A stretch of DNA of 41,895 nucleotides from Octopus bimaculoides (lineage: Eukaryota). Positions 1 through 12,419 of the stretch are shown piece after piece. The translations under genes were made by a program, and so were the position numbers. The notes below the pieces were generated by a model that was given only the letters and a program-made list of their open reading frames with translations, searched no databases and had not been told where the DNA came from. The stretch is taken from NCBI RefSeq assembly GCF_001194135.2, contig NC_069006.1, forward strand, positions 21,852,408 to 21,894,302, in the 5' to 3' direction. Position 1 is the first letter of the stretch. Each line of letters starts with the position of its first letter.

Positions 1-210
1 GCCGTTTTCGTGTGGGTGACACGTAAAAACACCCACTACACTCTCTGAGTGGTTGGCGTTAGGAAGGGCATCTAGCTGTAGAAACTCTGCCAAATTAGAC
101 TGGAGCCTGGTGTTGCCATCCGGTTTCACCAGTCCTCAGTCAAATCGTCCAACCCATGCTAGCATGGAAAGCGGACGTTAAACGATGATGATGATGATGA
201 TGATGATGAT
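1..210 (+). mobile_element. 3' UTR end of a young RTE-clade LINE with (GAT)9 tail, cut by the window start
   Basis: Matches 39937-40143 with about 7 mismatches in about 183 bp by eye. That copy is attached to an RTE ORF. Terminal palindrome CCATGCTAGCATGG at 154-167, then (GAT)n at 184-210. Confidence 0.9.
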
Positions 211-237
211 ATATACACAAACACCCGTATATATGCC

Positions 238-240
<3 letters not shown>

Positions 241-304
<64 letters not shown>

Positions 305-371
305 GTGCATATATACATATATATATACAAACATACACACGTGTACATATGTATGTACACAAGATTTGTTT

Positions 372-401
<30 letters not shown>
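241..401. repeat. Compound microsatellite (TG)n-(TA)n-(GA)n and TA/CA mosaic
   Basis: Seen directly in the sequence. Confidence 0.95.
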
Positions 402-405
<4 letters not shown>

Positions 406-1389
406 TATTGAGTTGGAAAGGGGTGGTGGTGGAAATAACTGAAACCTAATTAGGTAAAATATTATAGATGTCTGAGAAGTTGACTTTAGAAAAGTAGAGG
501 TCAAGCAATTTTGATCTTTCAGAAGGTCAGAACTTGGGAGGGAGGGGTGGTAGTGGTAGCAGATGGTGTGTGAAGAGAGAGAGAGAGAAAGAGAGGGTAG
601 TGTGTGTGTGTGTGTGCTTGCATGTGTATGTACAGGAAAGATGAACAAACCATGAACCACGAATCAACCAACAACACTAATGTGAAATGTCAGAAGTTGA
701 AAAATAAACTGGTTTCAAGATACTAAAGCAACTTGAACAAAGTTATAATGAGATGTATGTTAGCTTTTGTTCACCATCCACCTCATGAAAAAAAAAGTTA
801 CAAAATAGAATAAAAATTGAAAATAAGAAAGAAGACAGAAAGAAAATCACATGAAAAAAAAAAACAGAGATTTGGAGTAAATATTACTGATTTTTGTAGG
901 CAAGATCTTTAAAACCAATACTAAGCTCTGAATGGATTTCCTGAGAATCAAATAAATGAATTCATTATTTTTAAATTAATATGAATTACAGAAACTACTT
1001 TCATTTTCGTTTTTGCTCTCTCTCTCTCTCTCTTAAGTCTTTTGTTTGATACAACATTGAAGCACTTTCAAAATTCCTTTCTTTCCTTGTACCTTTAAAA
1101 CTCCTAATGTAGTCATAGAAACACTTTTGTGATATTCAGTCCGACTTGGGGTTCTAATCCTGGTGGAACCCATCCCACTGATCTGAGCCGATTTCTTTCA
1201 GACAAAAAGAGAAAGACAGAAGCTCACTTTGCAACCACCTAGTTTTGGGTCTGTTTTAGAACATCAATTAATATGAAGTTTTGATGGAAGGTTTTAATTT
1301 AAATGACCTTAAGCAGAAAGCTTATAAGATTAAATGTGGTCACAAGTGGACTGGTGTGAAAAGGGTTACTCTACCGATCTGGATTTGTG

Positions 1390-1747
1390 TCTTTTAGCTT
1401 TTACTTGTTTCAGTCATTAGACTGGGGCCATGCTGGGGCACTGCTTTGAAGATTTTTTTAGTCAAATGAATGAATTGACCTCAGTATTTTTTTTTTAAGC
1501 CTGGTACTTATTCTATCAGTCTCTTTTGTTGAACTGCTAAGTTATGGGGACATGAACATACCAATGTCAGTTGTCAAGTGGTGTTTGGGGGGACAAACAA
1601 AGACACACATACACACTCGACAGGCTTCTTTCAGTTTCTGTCTACCAAATCCACTTACAAGGCTTTGGTCAGCCTAAGGCTATAGTAGAAGCCCAAGGTG
1701 CCACACAGTGGTTGGGAAGTAAACTTCTTACCACACAGCCATACCTG
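1390..1747 (-). mobile_element. tRNA-headed CORE-like SINE (family A), near full length
   Basis: Reverse complement aligns along its length with 2641-3059 (head, CORE-like segment, internal CA/TG tract, 3' cagcatggcc...gactgaaacaagtaaaa). There is a short deletion around the B box. Confidence 0.85.
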
Positions 1748-1884
1748 AATGCTCAGATGTAACCCTCTGACCCATGCTGGAGGACAGTAACTACAAATAA
1801 AAACTGATTTGGATCCTAACAACCAATCCAACTTATGCAAAGATTGAAGCAGACACAAGGATGATGTTGGTAATGATGATGATG

Positions 1885-1998
1885 CTAGCAATTTTCAGGG
1901 GAGGGGTTTAGTCAGTTAACCCAAGTACATGACTGGTATTTATTTCATCACTCCTGGAAAGATGAAAGGCGAAATTGAACTTCGTGGGATTTGAAATC
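1885..1998 (-). mobile_element. Nin/Deu-like SINE (family B) fragment
   Basis: Homologous to 33512-33665 (tttcatc...gaaagatgaaaggcgaaattgaac). Confidence 0.75.
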
Positions 1999-2382
1999 AT
2001 TATCATCATCATCGGATGATGATTATGATGAAGTAAACATGCATACATACCATAGCAACACATGTGGTTACACAAAATATTTAGCCAGTGTCTGATGACT
2101 TGTAGACGAATGTCGCAGAAAACATAAATACACATAAATGAAAACAAAAAGATATTAAACTGGAGACAAAGTTTTCATTTTATAAAGATACGGGGTGATG
2201 GTGATGGTATGACGAATGTTGTTTGTCATTTATATTTTTCAAGCTAGAAAATGACTTTGAATATTTTCTATAACATCAAAGATTTGTTTGCAACGTTGGG
2301 ATGCGAGTATCAAGAGTCTTTGTTAACTGCTAAAAGACAAATCTAACAAGTGATTTACTACCATGACAATGGTGATGATGTG

Positions 2383-2522
2383 AGCAGTTTTGAGAGGTGG
2401 TGGGGGCTAGTCGATTAAATCAACCCCAGATTATGAATGGTATTTTGCATTTTCTTTCACTCACTCATGGAAGGATGAAAAGCAAAGCTGACCTCATTGG
2501 GATTTGAAATCAGAATGTAAAG
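2383..2522 (-). mobile_element. Family B SINE fragment
   Basis: ctagtcgattaaatcaacccc...gaaggatgaaaagcaaagctgacctc...tttgaaatcagaatgtaa, homologous to 33250-33465. Confidence 0.75.
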
Positions 2523-2590
2523 AGGTGTGGCTGTGCAATAAAAGGCTTGCTTCCTAACCACATGGTTCTGAGTAATCTGAATAATAGATG

Positions 2591-3215
2591 GTTAAACCAG
2601 CCATATCAGGCCCAATATTATACCTGTTTTATGTTTAAATAGGCGTAAGAGTGGTTGTGTGGTAAGTAGCTTGCTTACAAACCGCATGGTTCCGGGTTCA
2701 GTGCCACTGCGTGGCACCTTGGGCAAGTGTCTTCTACTATAGCCTCGGGCCAACCAAAGCCTTGTGAGTGGATTTGGTAGACGGAAACTGAAAGAAGCCC
2801 GTCGTATATATGTATACATGTATATATATGTATGTGTGTGTATATATGTTTGTGTGTCTGTGTTTGTCCCCCAACATTGCTTGACAACCGATGCTGGTGT
2901 ATTTATGTCCCTGTAACTTAGCAGTTTGGCAAAAGAGACCAATTGAATAAGTACTAGGCTTACAAAGAGTAAGTCCTGGGGTCGATTTGCTCAACTAAAG
3001 GCGGTGCTCCAGCATGGCCACAGTCAAATGACTGAAAAAAGTAAAAAAAAAAAAAAAAGAGATCTATACTCTCACACCTACTCTGGAATGTCACTAAAAA
3101 TAAGTAATCACATCATTGAAATCTTGAAGCTATGATATACTGCATGATTAATTAAAAGCCATGTGAATAAGCTAGCCTTACATTTGATAGAGTAATCTGA
3201 ATGTTAAAGGGTTAA
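2591..3215 (-). mobile_element. piggyBac-type MITE interrupted by a family A SINE
   Basis: 2591-2640 and 3060-3215 are contiguous parts of the reverse complement of the MITE at 12422-12640. The element ends in ...AAAGGG|TTAA at 3206-3215. Confidence 0.75.
2641..3059 (+). mobile_element. Full-length tRNA-headed CORE-like SINE (family A)
   Basis: A-box-like TGGTTGTGTGG at 2652-2662 and B-box-like GGTTCAGTGCC at 2695-2705. ACCTTGGGCAAGT at 2716-2728 resembles the start of the CORE domain. Internal TA/TG microsatellite at about 2805-2865 and an A-rich tail. Confidence 0.9.
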
Positions 3216-3463
3216 AATATATGATAAAAATTCCTATAGTTTCATGAGACAAAGACATGTGAGACAATATGTAAGCACAAAGAAGATTTCTCTGCTGAGA
3301 CAAATCCGATATGAAAAGACTTCATGGATGAATTCTACCACATGAAACAAGGAATCAAGGAAATGAATATAACTTAATGGAAAAAAATGTTTTGAAAAAG
3401 AATTTGTTAAAAAAAAAGAGAAATCAATGATTTCTTAAGAATAGTGTCATTACCATATTTATA

Positions 3464-3513
<50 letters not shown>

Positions 3514-3878
3514 GTGTGTGTATATATATATGTGTGTGTGTGTGTATTTATATGTATGTATTTAATGCATAACAAAGCATGAATCAGAAGAACTGAAATA
3601 AGTTGAAATATCACAAAGCATCCTTCCCTCTGGGTAAAATTGAAACAAGAATGTAGAAACATTTCTCTATGTACTTTTGATGTGTGGGAAAATGAGGTGA
3701 GAGTATCCTTCTCTGACTAATAGCAGACACATTCTGCTCTTATATAAAGCAATCATAAACTAGGCTAGCCCCACAGTGGATAGTCTAGCTTACATATTTG
3801 TGCCTTTCACAACTTGTCATTAGCTAAACAATAGCCCTGAATTAGAAGAAATAAAATAAATTTAAACATGGTTATAAA

Positions 3879-3958
3879 TGCAGGTATGAGAGTGTGGTTA
3901 AGAAGTTTACTTCTCAGCCATATGGTTTGGGGTTCAGTCCCACTGCATGGCACCTTTA
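3879..3958 (+). mobile_element. Family A SINE head only
   Basis: gcaggtatgagagtgtggttaagaag...ggttcagtcccactgcatggcacctt. Confidence 0.8.
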
Positions 3959-4339
3959 CTGATAAGTTAGTATATATGGAGGATATCCCATATACCATCA
4001 AATTTGGTAGCTCTCATGTGAAGGCTGCTGCTGCTAATGTATTCATCCTTGACTGAATGATGACAGAACAACTGACTCATGCCAACATCCCACCTTACCA
4101 TGTGTGGTGCCCAACACAAGGAACTGATGTCACTCTACTGCAGCCTGCCATCAAAGTGGCACCAGCATCCTGACAACAAGCTGCTCAAACATGTGCACCT
4201 GAGAATAAAGAAAGTAGATAGTATCACTTTGATAGTGATAGCTTTAACACCACATGGTCTGAGCTGACCAATAAAAAGGCCTAAACATCTAGAAACCTTC
4301 TTGAATTTCTTGTAATTTTCACTCTGCTCCTAGCACCTG

Positions 4340-4415
4340 ATGAAGTCAATGTATCTTAAGTGTCCCTAAAACTTCAAGTCATGTGGAACTGCGTAAACTG
4401 TTATTAAAAAATATG
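4340..4415 (+). mobile_element. Possible Penelope-like terminal remnant with a decayed hammerhead-like motif
   Basis: CTGATGAA...GTCCCT-AAAAC layout. The stem II 5' arm is poorly preserved. Confidence 0.3.
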
Positions 4416-4464
4416 AATGTAACTCCTACAAGCATATGGAGTGCTACTTTCAATTGCACACTCA

Positions 4465-4783
4465 TTTGCCAACCACTCTGAGAGTGTAATGGGTGCTTTT
4501 ACGTGACACCAGTATCTGCCATGACTGGTTTCACTTGGCTTGATGGGTCTTCGTTGCAAGCACAACAAGGTCTTGCTCATTTGTCATTGTCTCCATGACA
4601 CCAAACACTCGAAAGGTGCTTTTTATATGCCATAAGCACAGGTTGTAGTTACAAGACACTGGCATCAGCCATATTGCCTTCGTGAGGCCCAACGCTTGAA
4701 AGGTGCTTTTTACGTGCCACCTGCATGGGTGCCACTTACATGACACCAACAATGGCCACAATTATGATTTCGTTTGGCTTGAC
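4465..4783 (-). mobile_element. Older RTE-type 3' UTR fragment with internally repeated modules
   Basis: gccaaccactctgagagtgt...ggtgcttttacgtgacaccag is the reverse complement of the RTE tail motif. The module gaaaggtgctttttac/tatgcca occurs twice, about 90 bp apart. Confidence 0.7.
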
Positions 4784-5755
4784 TACACAAACACACATAT
4801 ATATGTATGTAACTTATGTAATCGACATACAAACATGTTGATTTTTACCTATTTTTCTGCAGATTGAAAAAAAATGATGAACAGCATTAATCAATTTTGA
4901 ACCTTTACTGGAGTTTCATGTGAGGTGACCACCTCACTTGACCAAGCCCATAGAAACAAGCAACCTATCTGTTTATATACACATCAAATCTAGTTGTTTC
5001 ATATATATATGAGTATTAATATGAACATCTACAAAATATACATACATATATATACATACACACACACACATATATAGATATATAAATATGCATGTACATA
5101 TAAATATATCCACATGTTTACATGTGCACTCATATAGGTTTTACATTTACATTTTTTTTTTCTGTTATCAACAATAGGGAAGAAAACATCCACAGAACAA
5201 GATGGTGGAATATCAAAACAAAAAAAGATTGAGTAAATCTATAACAGCATATACAAGTATTTTGTTGTTTGGTATATTGTTCATCTCTTACAATGATATT
5301 TGAAATAAGATTAATTGGTCATAGAAACAGGCCTTCCCCCCACCCCCACAGCATCGTCATCAATAGAGGTAAAAAAAATCCTAGCATTTTCCCTTGAATA
5401 TAATGCAGAAACCCCCTTTCTCTATCATTATCAATGATCCATGTTGATTTGAGAGAAAGCTTATATATATATATATATNNNNNNNNNNNNNNNNNNNNNN
5501 NNNNNNNNNNNNNNNNNNNNNNNNNNNNNNNNNNNNNNNNNNAGAGAGAGAGAGAGAGAGAAAGAAAGAGAGAAAGAGAGAGAGAGAGAGAGATAGAAAG
5601 AGAGAGAGAGAGAGAGAGAATTGATATAAATACTATATAGCTATTTTTTCTAAAAGTTTCATTTTCAAAAGTATATGTTCATATGTAAATACAGACATGC
5701 ACACACACACATGAACATACAAATTTCTTTCCCTCTTATTTTCTTTATGTATTTG

Positions 5756-5815
<60 letters not shown>

Positions 5816-6096
5816 AATATATATATAATCAAAATAATAGTGAATGTATGACAAAATTAATGGAAAGTACAAAAAAGCAGACATGGATAAACGCATTACA
5901 TCAGTGAAGAGTTAAACCAGAGTCATTATGCTTTCAGCACTGTGAGAAATTTTGGTATCACTCATCTGGAAAGCAGTAGACAAAACAAAACAGAGTAAGG
6001 TCTTTCAGCTGAAAACACATGCGACAGAGATATAGGATGAGTAAAATAAGCACACACTGGTACAGAATATTAAGCAAAATATCTGTACATAGTATA

Positions 6097-6212
6097 GGTG
6101 CAGGCATGGCTGTGTTGTTAAGTAGATTACTTTGCAACCACATGATTTTGGGTTCAGTCCCACTGCACAAGTATCTTCTACTATGGTCCCAGACTTACCA
6201 GTGCTTTGAATG
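6097..6212 (+). mobile_element. Family A SINE head plus CORE-like segment
   Basis: gcaggcatggctgtgttg...ggttcagtcccactgcacaagtatcttctactatgg. Confidence 0.8.
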
Positions 6213-6257
6213 AATGAGGTTGAGAAGTGAAATCCTTACCACAAAGCCAAACCTGCA

Positions 6258-6441
6258 CCTTTAATGTTTAAAAAATCCTGTTATATTTTTGTAATTAAAT
6301 ATTATTAGAAATTGTATTTAAAAAATTGTTAAAACCTTTTGTGTATTGCAGAAGTGTAACCAATTCGTTGCTCATAAATTTTAATAACAAAATCTTATGT
6401 GCACCCACAAGGGTCATATGGACCCCAGTTGGGAACCATTG
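6258..6441 (-). mobile_element. hAT/Charlie-type MITE, partial
   Basis: Reverse complement begins CAATGGTTCCCAACTGGGGTCCATATGACCCTTG, and the body aligns with 15606-15872. Confidence 0.75.
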
Positions 6442-6469
6442 TACTACAGCAAGAAATCTGTTTTGCTCT

Positions 6470-6740
6470 TGCCCTTTCTCTCATCCTTTACCCCTCTCTA
6501 CGCCTTATTCTCATTGCATAAAGTTGCACCTGTCCCCACTCAGAGTCCATAGTCTCACAAGGTGCATGAAAATTTCACTCGTGCTGGTAGCAGGAGAAAA
6601 GCACCTTGTACATGCTGTAAAGTGGTTAGCATTGGGAAGGACTGCAGATACTAGTGCATAATGCATTCCTTTGGGCCATCAGATCCATCAAACTGTGTAA
6701 CCGCAGTCAGTATGGAACATGGTTGTTAAATGATGATGAT
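6470..6740 (+). mobile_element. Older RTE-type tail element with a 5' extension
   Basis: aaaagcacc...ctgtaaagtggttagcattgggaagg...gttaaatgatgatgat. The 5' part (ctttctctcatcct...gtccccactca) resembles the extension at 21830-21975. Confidence 0.65.
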
Positions 6741-7179
6741 CATACTTACATATTTGGATGCACAAAATATACAGAAATATAGACACATACATATATACAT
6801 GCCATCTATCTATCTATCTGTCTGTCTACACAGGTATTTGATAATGATGATATTTGTAAAGCAAAAAAATGAAAATGAAAATCTCCCTCCCCACTAAAAG
6901 AAAAAGACCCCTAAAATGGCTGAAGCATGTAAACAAAATAACAAACTTTAAAAGATAATAAATGTTTCTTCATTTTTTTTTTTTTTCATTTTTGCCCATT
7001 GACCTGCCACCAACATCATCACCATCACCCACTTTTATTTCTTTTAAATCCCAGCTGCCTGCTTGGTTGGTTAGTAGAGATTTACTAAGGTGAGGTAAGG
7101 AAGCTCCTTAAAAATCAACACTGAACAACAACACAATAACAACAATTACTACCACCACAAAGCAATGAAGCGAGAATGA

Positions 7180-7245
7180 AATGACTGTTGTTTTTGTTGT
7201 TTTCGTTGTTGTTGTTGTTGTCATTGCTGTTGTTGTTGTATTAGA
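7180..7245. repeat. (GTT)n-type trinucleotide tract
   Basis: Seen directly in the sequence. Confidence 0.9.
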
Positions 7246-7421
7246 GTAGTTTATTGTATTTACACAAAGTGAATAATGAGCATTCAAAACCAATGCTGCA
7301 ATCATTGAGTCATTATTTACATTTCAATAACCATCATGTATAGATGCAGCGATGGTTGAGAGAGAGAGAGAGAGAGAGATGGGGGAGAGGAAGAGAGAAA
7401 GAGAAAAATAAGGGGCATGTA

Positions 7422-7561
7422 AAATGTAATAAAGTTGACCCTATATGCATTGTGTGTATGTGTTTTTGTCCATGCGTGCCTATATATATATATATATATA
7501 TATATATGAATGTATATGTGTGTGTATGAATGTATATGTATGTACATATATATATGTATGA

Positions 7562-7595
<34 letters not shown>

Positions 7596-7722
7596 GTATG
7601 TGTGGATGTATTTATATATATATTTATGTATATATATGTGTGTGTGTGTATATATATATATGCATATCTAGATATATATATATATGTATATGCATGCCTA
7701 TATATTTATATGCATATCCAGA
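7422..7722 (+). repeat. Source copy of an approximately 290-bp inverted duplication
   Basis: Nearly identical to the reverse complement of 12129-12419, including unique anchors (aaatgtaataaagttgaccctatatgcattg...ttgtccatgcgtgcc; gcatatctaga; gcatgcctatatattta; gcatatccaga). Confidence 0.9.
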
Positions 7723-7902
7723 TATATGTGTGTGCATGTATATATATATATATATTGTAAAATGTAATAAACTTTATCCTATATGCAGAGTGTATGAGTG
7801 TATGCAAGAGAGACAGAAAGTGAAGCATGTAAAGTGCAGTGTTGAACCTATATGCAGTACACACACATGCATATGCATAAATGTATGTGTGTATGCATGT
7901 AT

Positions 7903-8118
7903 CTTTTATCTCTCACTTGTTTAGTCATTAGATCGTGGTCATGCTGGGGCACTGATGTGAAGAATTTTTAGTCAAATGATTCTATCCCAGTACTTATTTA
8001 TTTTAAGCCTGGTACTTATTCTATCAGTCTCTATTGATGAACTGCTAAGTTACAGGAATGTGAATACACCAACACTAGTTGTCAAGTGGTAGTTGGAGAC
8101 ACACACACACACACAAGA
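7903..8118 (-). mobile_element. Family A SINE 3' half, ending at its internal (CA)n
   Basis: Homologous to 1390-1620. Confidence 0.85.
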
Positions 8119-8124
8119 CAGACC

Positions 8125-8240
8125 TTTTTCCAGTGTTTTACTGGTACTTATTTTATCAATCCAGAAAGGATGCAAAGTGCATGTGGACTCAGAACATGAA
8201 GTCAGGATAAATTCCGCTGAGCATTTTTCCAGGCATGGTA
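8125..8240 (-). mobile_element. Family B SINE fragment
   Basis: actggtacttattttatcaatccagaaaggatgcaaagtgcatgtggactcagaac. Confidence 0.6.
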
Positions 8241-8601
8241 ACAATTCAATTTATTGGAAAGGGTTAAAAGAGGAGACAGTCAAAATCTAAATGATATTTT
8301 TTCCAATGTTTATCTTTTCATACTTTTTACTCAATAAACTAATTAAATGTTTCAGTCTATTTAAGAGGGATTTAGAGAGCTGTCTTATTTGTAACATATC
8401 TTAATTAGTTTAGCTGATAAAATAGTTTCCATGGTTGAGCTGGAAGGATTATTTTACATAATCTGAAAAATCAGCAGCCGTTCATGATTATAAAAAGTTG
8501 TAAATATATTTGTGTGTATGTGTGTAATCATGTATATGGATTGTTTGTATATGCATATATGTATATATGTGTGTGTGTGTGTATGTACATGTATATGTGT
8601 T

Positions 8602-8651
<50 letters not shown>

Positions 8652-9517
8652 ATCTGTATTATGTGAATGTATATGTGTGTGTAGAAATTGATCACATTTA
8701 ATTTTTATTAATATATTGACAATGTGAAAATGCCATTTTATTACAAGAACCCTGGCTGTTGCTCTGTGTACACACAAACACACACACACATACACACATC
8801 CAACAGCCACATCCTCCTCCTCCTCCTCCTCCTCATCATCTGTATGCTTTCCATGCTGGATGGGCCATTATATTTAAGTCAGTTCCTATTTTGAACTACT
8901 TGCTAAAAATGCCCATAAACTAGAAGCCAAGGGACTTAGACTTGTACAAAAAAGAGTACAACACATTTATGGCCCAGGTGTTTGCATGATTTAAACAGAA
9001 ATGAGCTAAGACCACTCAGAGTGGTCAGTGACATGTGTTTGAAAAAACACAAACAAATGCAGGTATATCAAATACTATACAACATATAAATTAATGTCTG
9101 ATTAAAATGGTCTCCACTTCTAGAGAATGTGTCTCAGCAATTGAGAACAGTTCTATGAGAACAGGAGATGATCTCAAAAAATTCTCCAAAGTTGAAGAGC
9201 CATTAAAGGAAATGACAGGCTTATTGTCTTGAGATAAGAGGACAGTCATAGGGACATGTTTCTAGCTCAGTAGCTGTCATCAGCATGACAATTGTCCAGT
9301 CCAAGGATCAGGTAATGTCTGTGATGCTAAACTGGAACAGATTAAGTCTATTATCCCTAGAGGACTTTGCTTGAGACACCCAAAGGCCTGATGGTGCATG
9401 AGGTGCCATTAAACTAAGCAATAGATTAAGGCTACGCTAAAACCCATCACACTTCAAGGGACAAAGTGGAGGTGGTAGTATTAAACTGGATTATAGATTA
9501 AACTGTGACAGTATTTG

Positions 9518-9850
9518 GCTTAATGGTTAGAGTGTTGGGCTCACAATCATGAGGTAGAGTTTGATTCTTGGACTGGGTTGTGTGTTGTATTCTTGAGCAA
9601 GACATTTTATTTCACGTTGCTCCTACTCACTCAGCTGTAGAAATGAGTTATTACATCACTGGTTCCAAGCTGTATTGGTCTTTGCCTTTTCCTTGGATAA
9701 CATCAGTGGCATAGAGAGGAGAGGCTGGTATGCATGGGCGACCGCTGGTCTTTCATAAACAACCTTGCCCAGACTTGTGCCTCGGAGGGAAACTTTCTAG
9801 GTGCAACCCCTATGGTCATTTATGACTGAAGGCAGTCTTTACCCTTCACC
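9518..9850 (+). mobile_element. tRNA-headed SINE family C (copy 1)
   Basis: A-box-like gcttaatggttag and B-box-like gagtttgattc. The central ttgagcaagacattttatttcacgttgctcc...cagctgtagaaatgagt is shared with the reverse complement of 11790-12055. Confidence 0.7.
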
Positions 9851-10540
9851 CTATCTTGTAGCCTACTACTACTACCACCACTGATGCCATCTTATCTTCT
9901 GTTGTCTCATCATATTTGTCCCTGTCCATTTTATCTTCCTTTCTCTCTTAATATTTTTAGCCATCATCATCATCATCATCATTTTTACTTTTAAAAATTT
10001 ATTCTCTCCAGGAAATGTCCTCACAAACTTTGTTTCTTGGCTTACCTCCCCACCCTCTCCTCCTACCCCCACCAATCAATTACCACATGGTTTGTATCAC
10101 ATCGGGACAACTCACACTAATCCTATTAACTTCTACTACACCCTCCTCCTTCCCTTCTTCCATCTGATCTCTCCTTATGTAGTCAACTACTGATACCATC
10201 GTTAAAACCATTCCTGACTAAATTACTCTGATATTATTCCAATATGATCTCAGATTAAGTCCTTCTCATTCTGTCCAAGGGATGGGTGGTGGTGTGAGGT
10301 GGGGTGTCGGGATGGCATATGAGTTTTCTGTTTATTGTTTTTAATGTAGTTTTTATATGTGCATTTTTTGTTTTTATTTATTTATTTACTGGATGGTCAT
10401 TACCAATTTTGTGAGTGAAACCAGTCATTTCTACAGAAAACACACACAAAAACACACACACACTATATACCAGTGCCATATTATATACACCACCTACTCA
10501 CATAGACACTACTGTACACATACACTATTATGAACATATG

Positions 10541-10571
<31 letters not shown>

Positions 10572-10639
10572 ATGTCATATTGACCAGTGGCCAGCCATCA
10601 ATTTGTGCTATCTAATTCTATTCTGTTCAATATTGGAGT

Positions 10640-11000
10640 CTCAAAGGAAGGAAGAAAGAGAGAAAGAAATGAAGAAAGGGAAGCGGGGAAGAGAAGGGAG
10701 GGAGAGAGGGAGAGATAGAGGTATAGAGAAAGAAATGAAGAAAATGGAGAACAGAGGGAGAAAGAGGGGGAGGGATAAAGAACTGAAGAGATGCAGGGGA
10801 ATAGAGGAAGGGAGAGAGAAAGAAATGAAAGAGAAGGGGAAGATAGGAGGAGGAAGAGAGGGAGGGATAAAGTTGGAAATAAAGAGAGGGAGGTTTAGAG
10901 AAAGAAATGAAGGGAGTGGGAAACAGGGAGAGGAGAAAAAGGAGGGAGATAGAGAGAAATGAAGAGAGAGGAAGAGAAGGAGAGATAGAGAAAGAAAGCA
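10640..11000. repeat. Polypurine (GA-rich) low-complexity tract
   Basis: About 360 bp of nearly pure A/G on the + strand. Confidence 0.9.
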
Positions 11001-11372
11001 TGCTTTTCTACAGTTAACCAAAAAATGTAATAATGTATTGTACAGGAAAAGACAATCATAATAATAATTATTATTACTCACATTAAGACAAGGCCAAATA
11101 TTTATAAGAGGGAGGGTGGAAGGTTTGTTGATTAAACCAATATCCATCTCTGGTGTTTACAAGGGAATCCCTATGAGGTTATGTGACAAGCTAGAAATAA
11201 CAGCGGAGTTTTGCTACACCCATATATTGTCCTAAAAACAGAAGGAAGCACTCATTGGATGTATAGTCTGGGATAGAATGAGATGATTGGGCACAGCTGT
11301 TTGGATGCTGATAATTTTGGCATGGCTGACTGGACATTCAGCCTGTTTGGGCATGTGTGTGCATAGAAGTAT

Positions 11373-11409
<37 letters not shown>

Positions 11410-11789
11410 AAAGAAAGAAAGAGAGCGATTGAAATTTATTAATCAAACACAATTGACATAAACACATTCCTTTTCCTCATAACCATAAAGAGAAATATAC
11501 TTGAAGACATAAACAGAGAGAGGTGGGGAGAGAGAGAACATTTGATGTCAAAGAAGTTGGTGTTAAATCAAGAACACCAAATAGGTGGTGCCAAAACAAG
11601 TAATACCTGTCTAGGATACTCTATAATTGAATAAAAAAAAAGTTGGGCTGGTCATGGCTGGGATGCCTTTGATTGTAGGACAATATGAGAACAAAACTTT
11701 TGATACAAACAAAGGCACCAACTATTTGTATCAAAAGTTATGCAATGTAAATTCAGCTTTGGTTGTGTTTGATCTCAGATTATAGTCAA

Positions 11790-12055
11790 GTAAAACTCTC
11801 CTGGATATTACTGTCTCAAGTTCTAGAACTCATTGGGACAGTAACCTGGTTTCCCTGGTGGTATAAATGTCTGAGATCACAACATTCCCCTGGAATGGTG
11901 TGCTAGTCTGTCACAGGAATACTCATTTACAAACAAGTGGACTGCAGCAACATGGAAGGAAGTGTTTTGCAGAAGAACACAATGCCAAGATGTCCAAGAT
12001 GAAACCACAATCTTGCGATCTTGAGTATAACATCCTAACCATTATGCCACATGCA
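11790..12055 (-). mobile_element. tRNA-headed SINE family C (copy 2, different 3' part)
   Basis: Reverse complement reads gtggcataatggttagg...gtggtttcatc...caaaacacttccttccatgttgctgcagtccact...gtaaatgagt, followed by cctgtgacagactagcacaccattccagggg. Confidence 0.65.
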
Positions 12056-12128
12056 TTTATGTCTCAGTAATGTGAGGACAAGACAAAATTGCTGAAAATT
12101 CTGTCACTTACTCATGCATTTTACCAGT

Positions 12129-12419
12129 TCTGGATATGCATATAAATATATAGGCATGCATATACATATATATATATATCTAGATATGCATATATATATA
12201 TATACACACACACATATATATACATAAATATATATATAAATACATCCACACATACATATATATATACATATATATATATATATATTCATACATATATATA
12301 TGTACATACATATATATTCATACACACACATATACATTCATATATATATATATATATATAGGCACGCATGGACAAAAACACATACACACAATGCATATAG
12401 GGTCAACTTTATTACATTT
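12129..12419 (-). repeat. Inverted copy of 7422-7722 abutting a MITE terminus
   Basis: Alignment by eye. It ends exactly at the TTAA (12418-12421) of the MITE. Confidence 0.9.

Noticed and set aside
2090-2130. Hammerhead-like CTGATGA...GAAAAC
   Set aside because: Stem II needs a bulge, and no stem I or III partner or cleavage triplet could be identified.
2641-2712. tRNA genes at the SINE heads (also 3879, 6097, 9518, 14122, 31974 and 33400-33465)
   Set aside because: A/B-box-like motifs are present, but there is no complete cloverleaf and each continues into a SINE body.
9010-9026. Palindrome GACCACTC-A-GAGTGGTC (similarly CATGTGG-AA-CCACATG at 19737-19752 and GAATCAAA-CCGT-TTTGATTC at about 25580-25599)
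   Set aside because: Stems of 7-8 bp are expected by chance in 42 kb, and there is no supporting context.
10603-11147. Lys/Arg/Glu-rich and Ser/Leu/Phe-rich ORFs of 119-168 aa
   Set aside because: They are by-products of a polypurine/polypyrimidine tract that is open in several frames on both strands.
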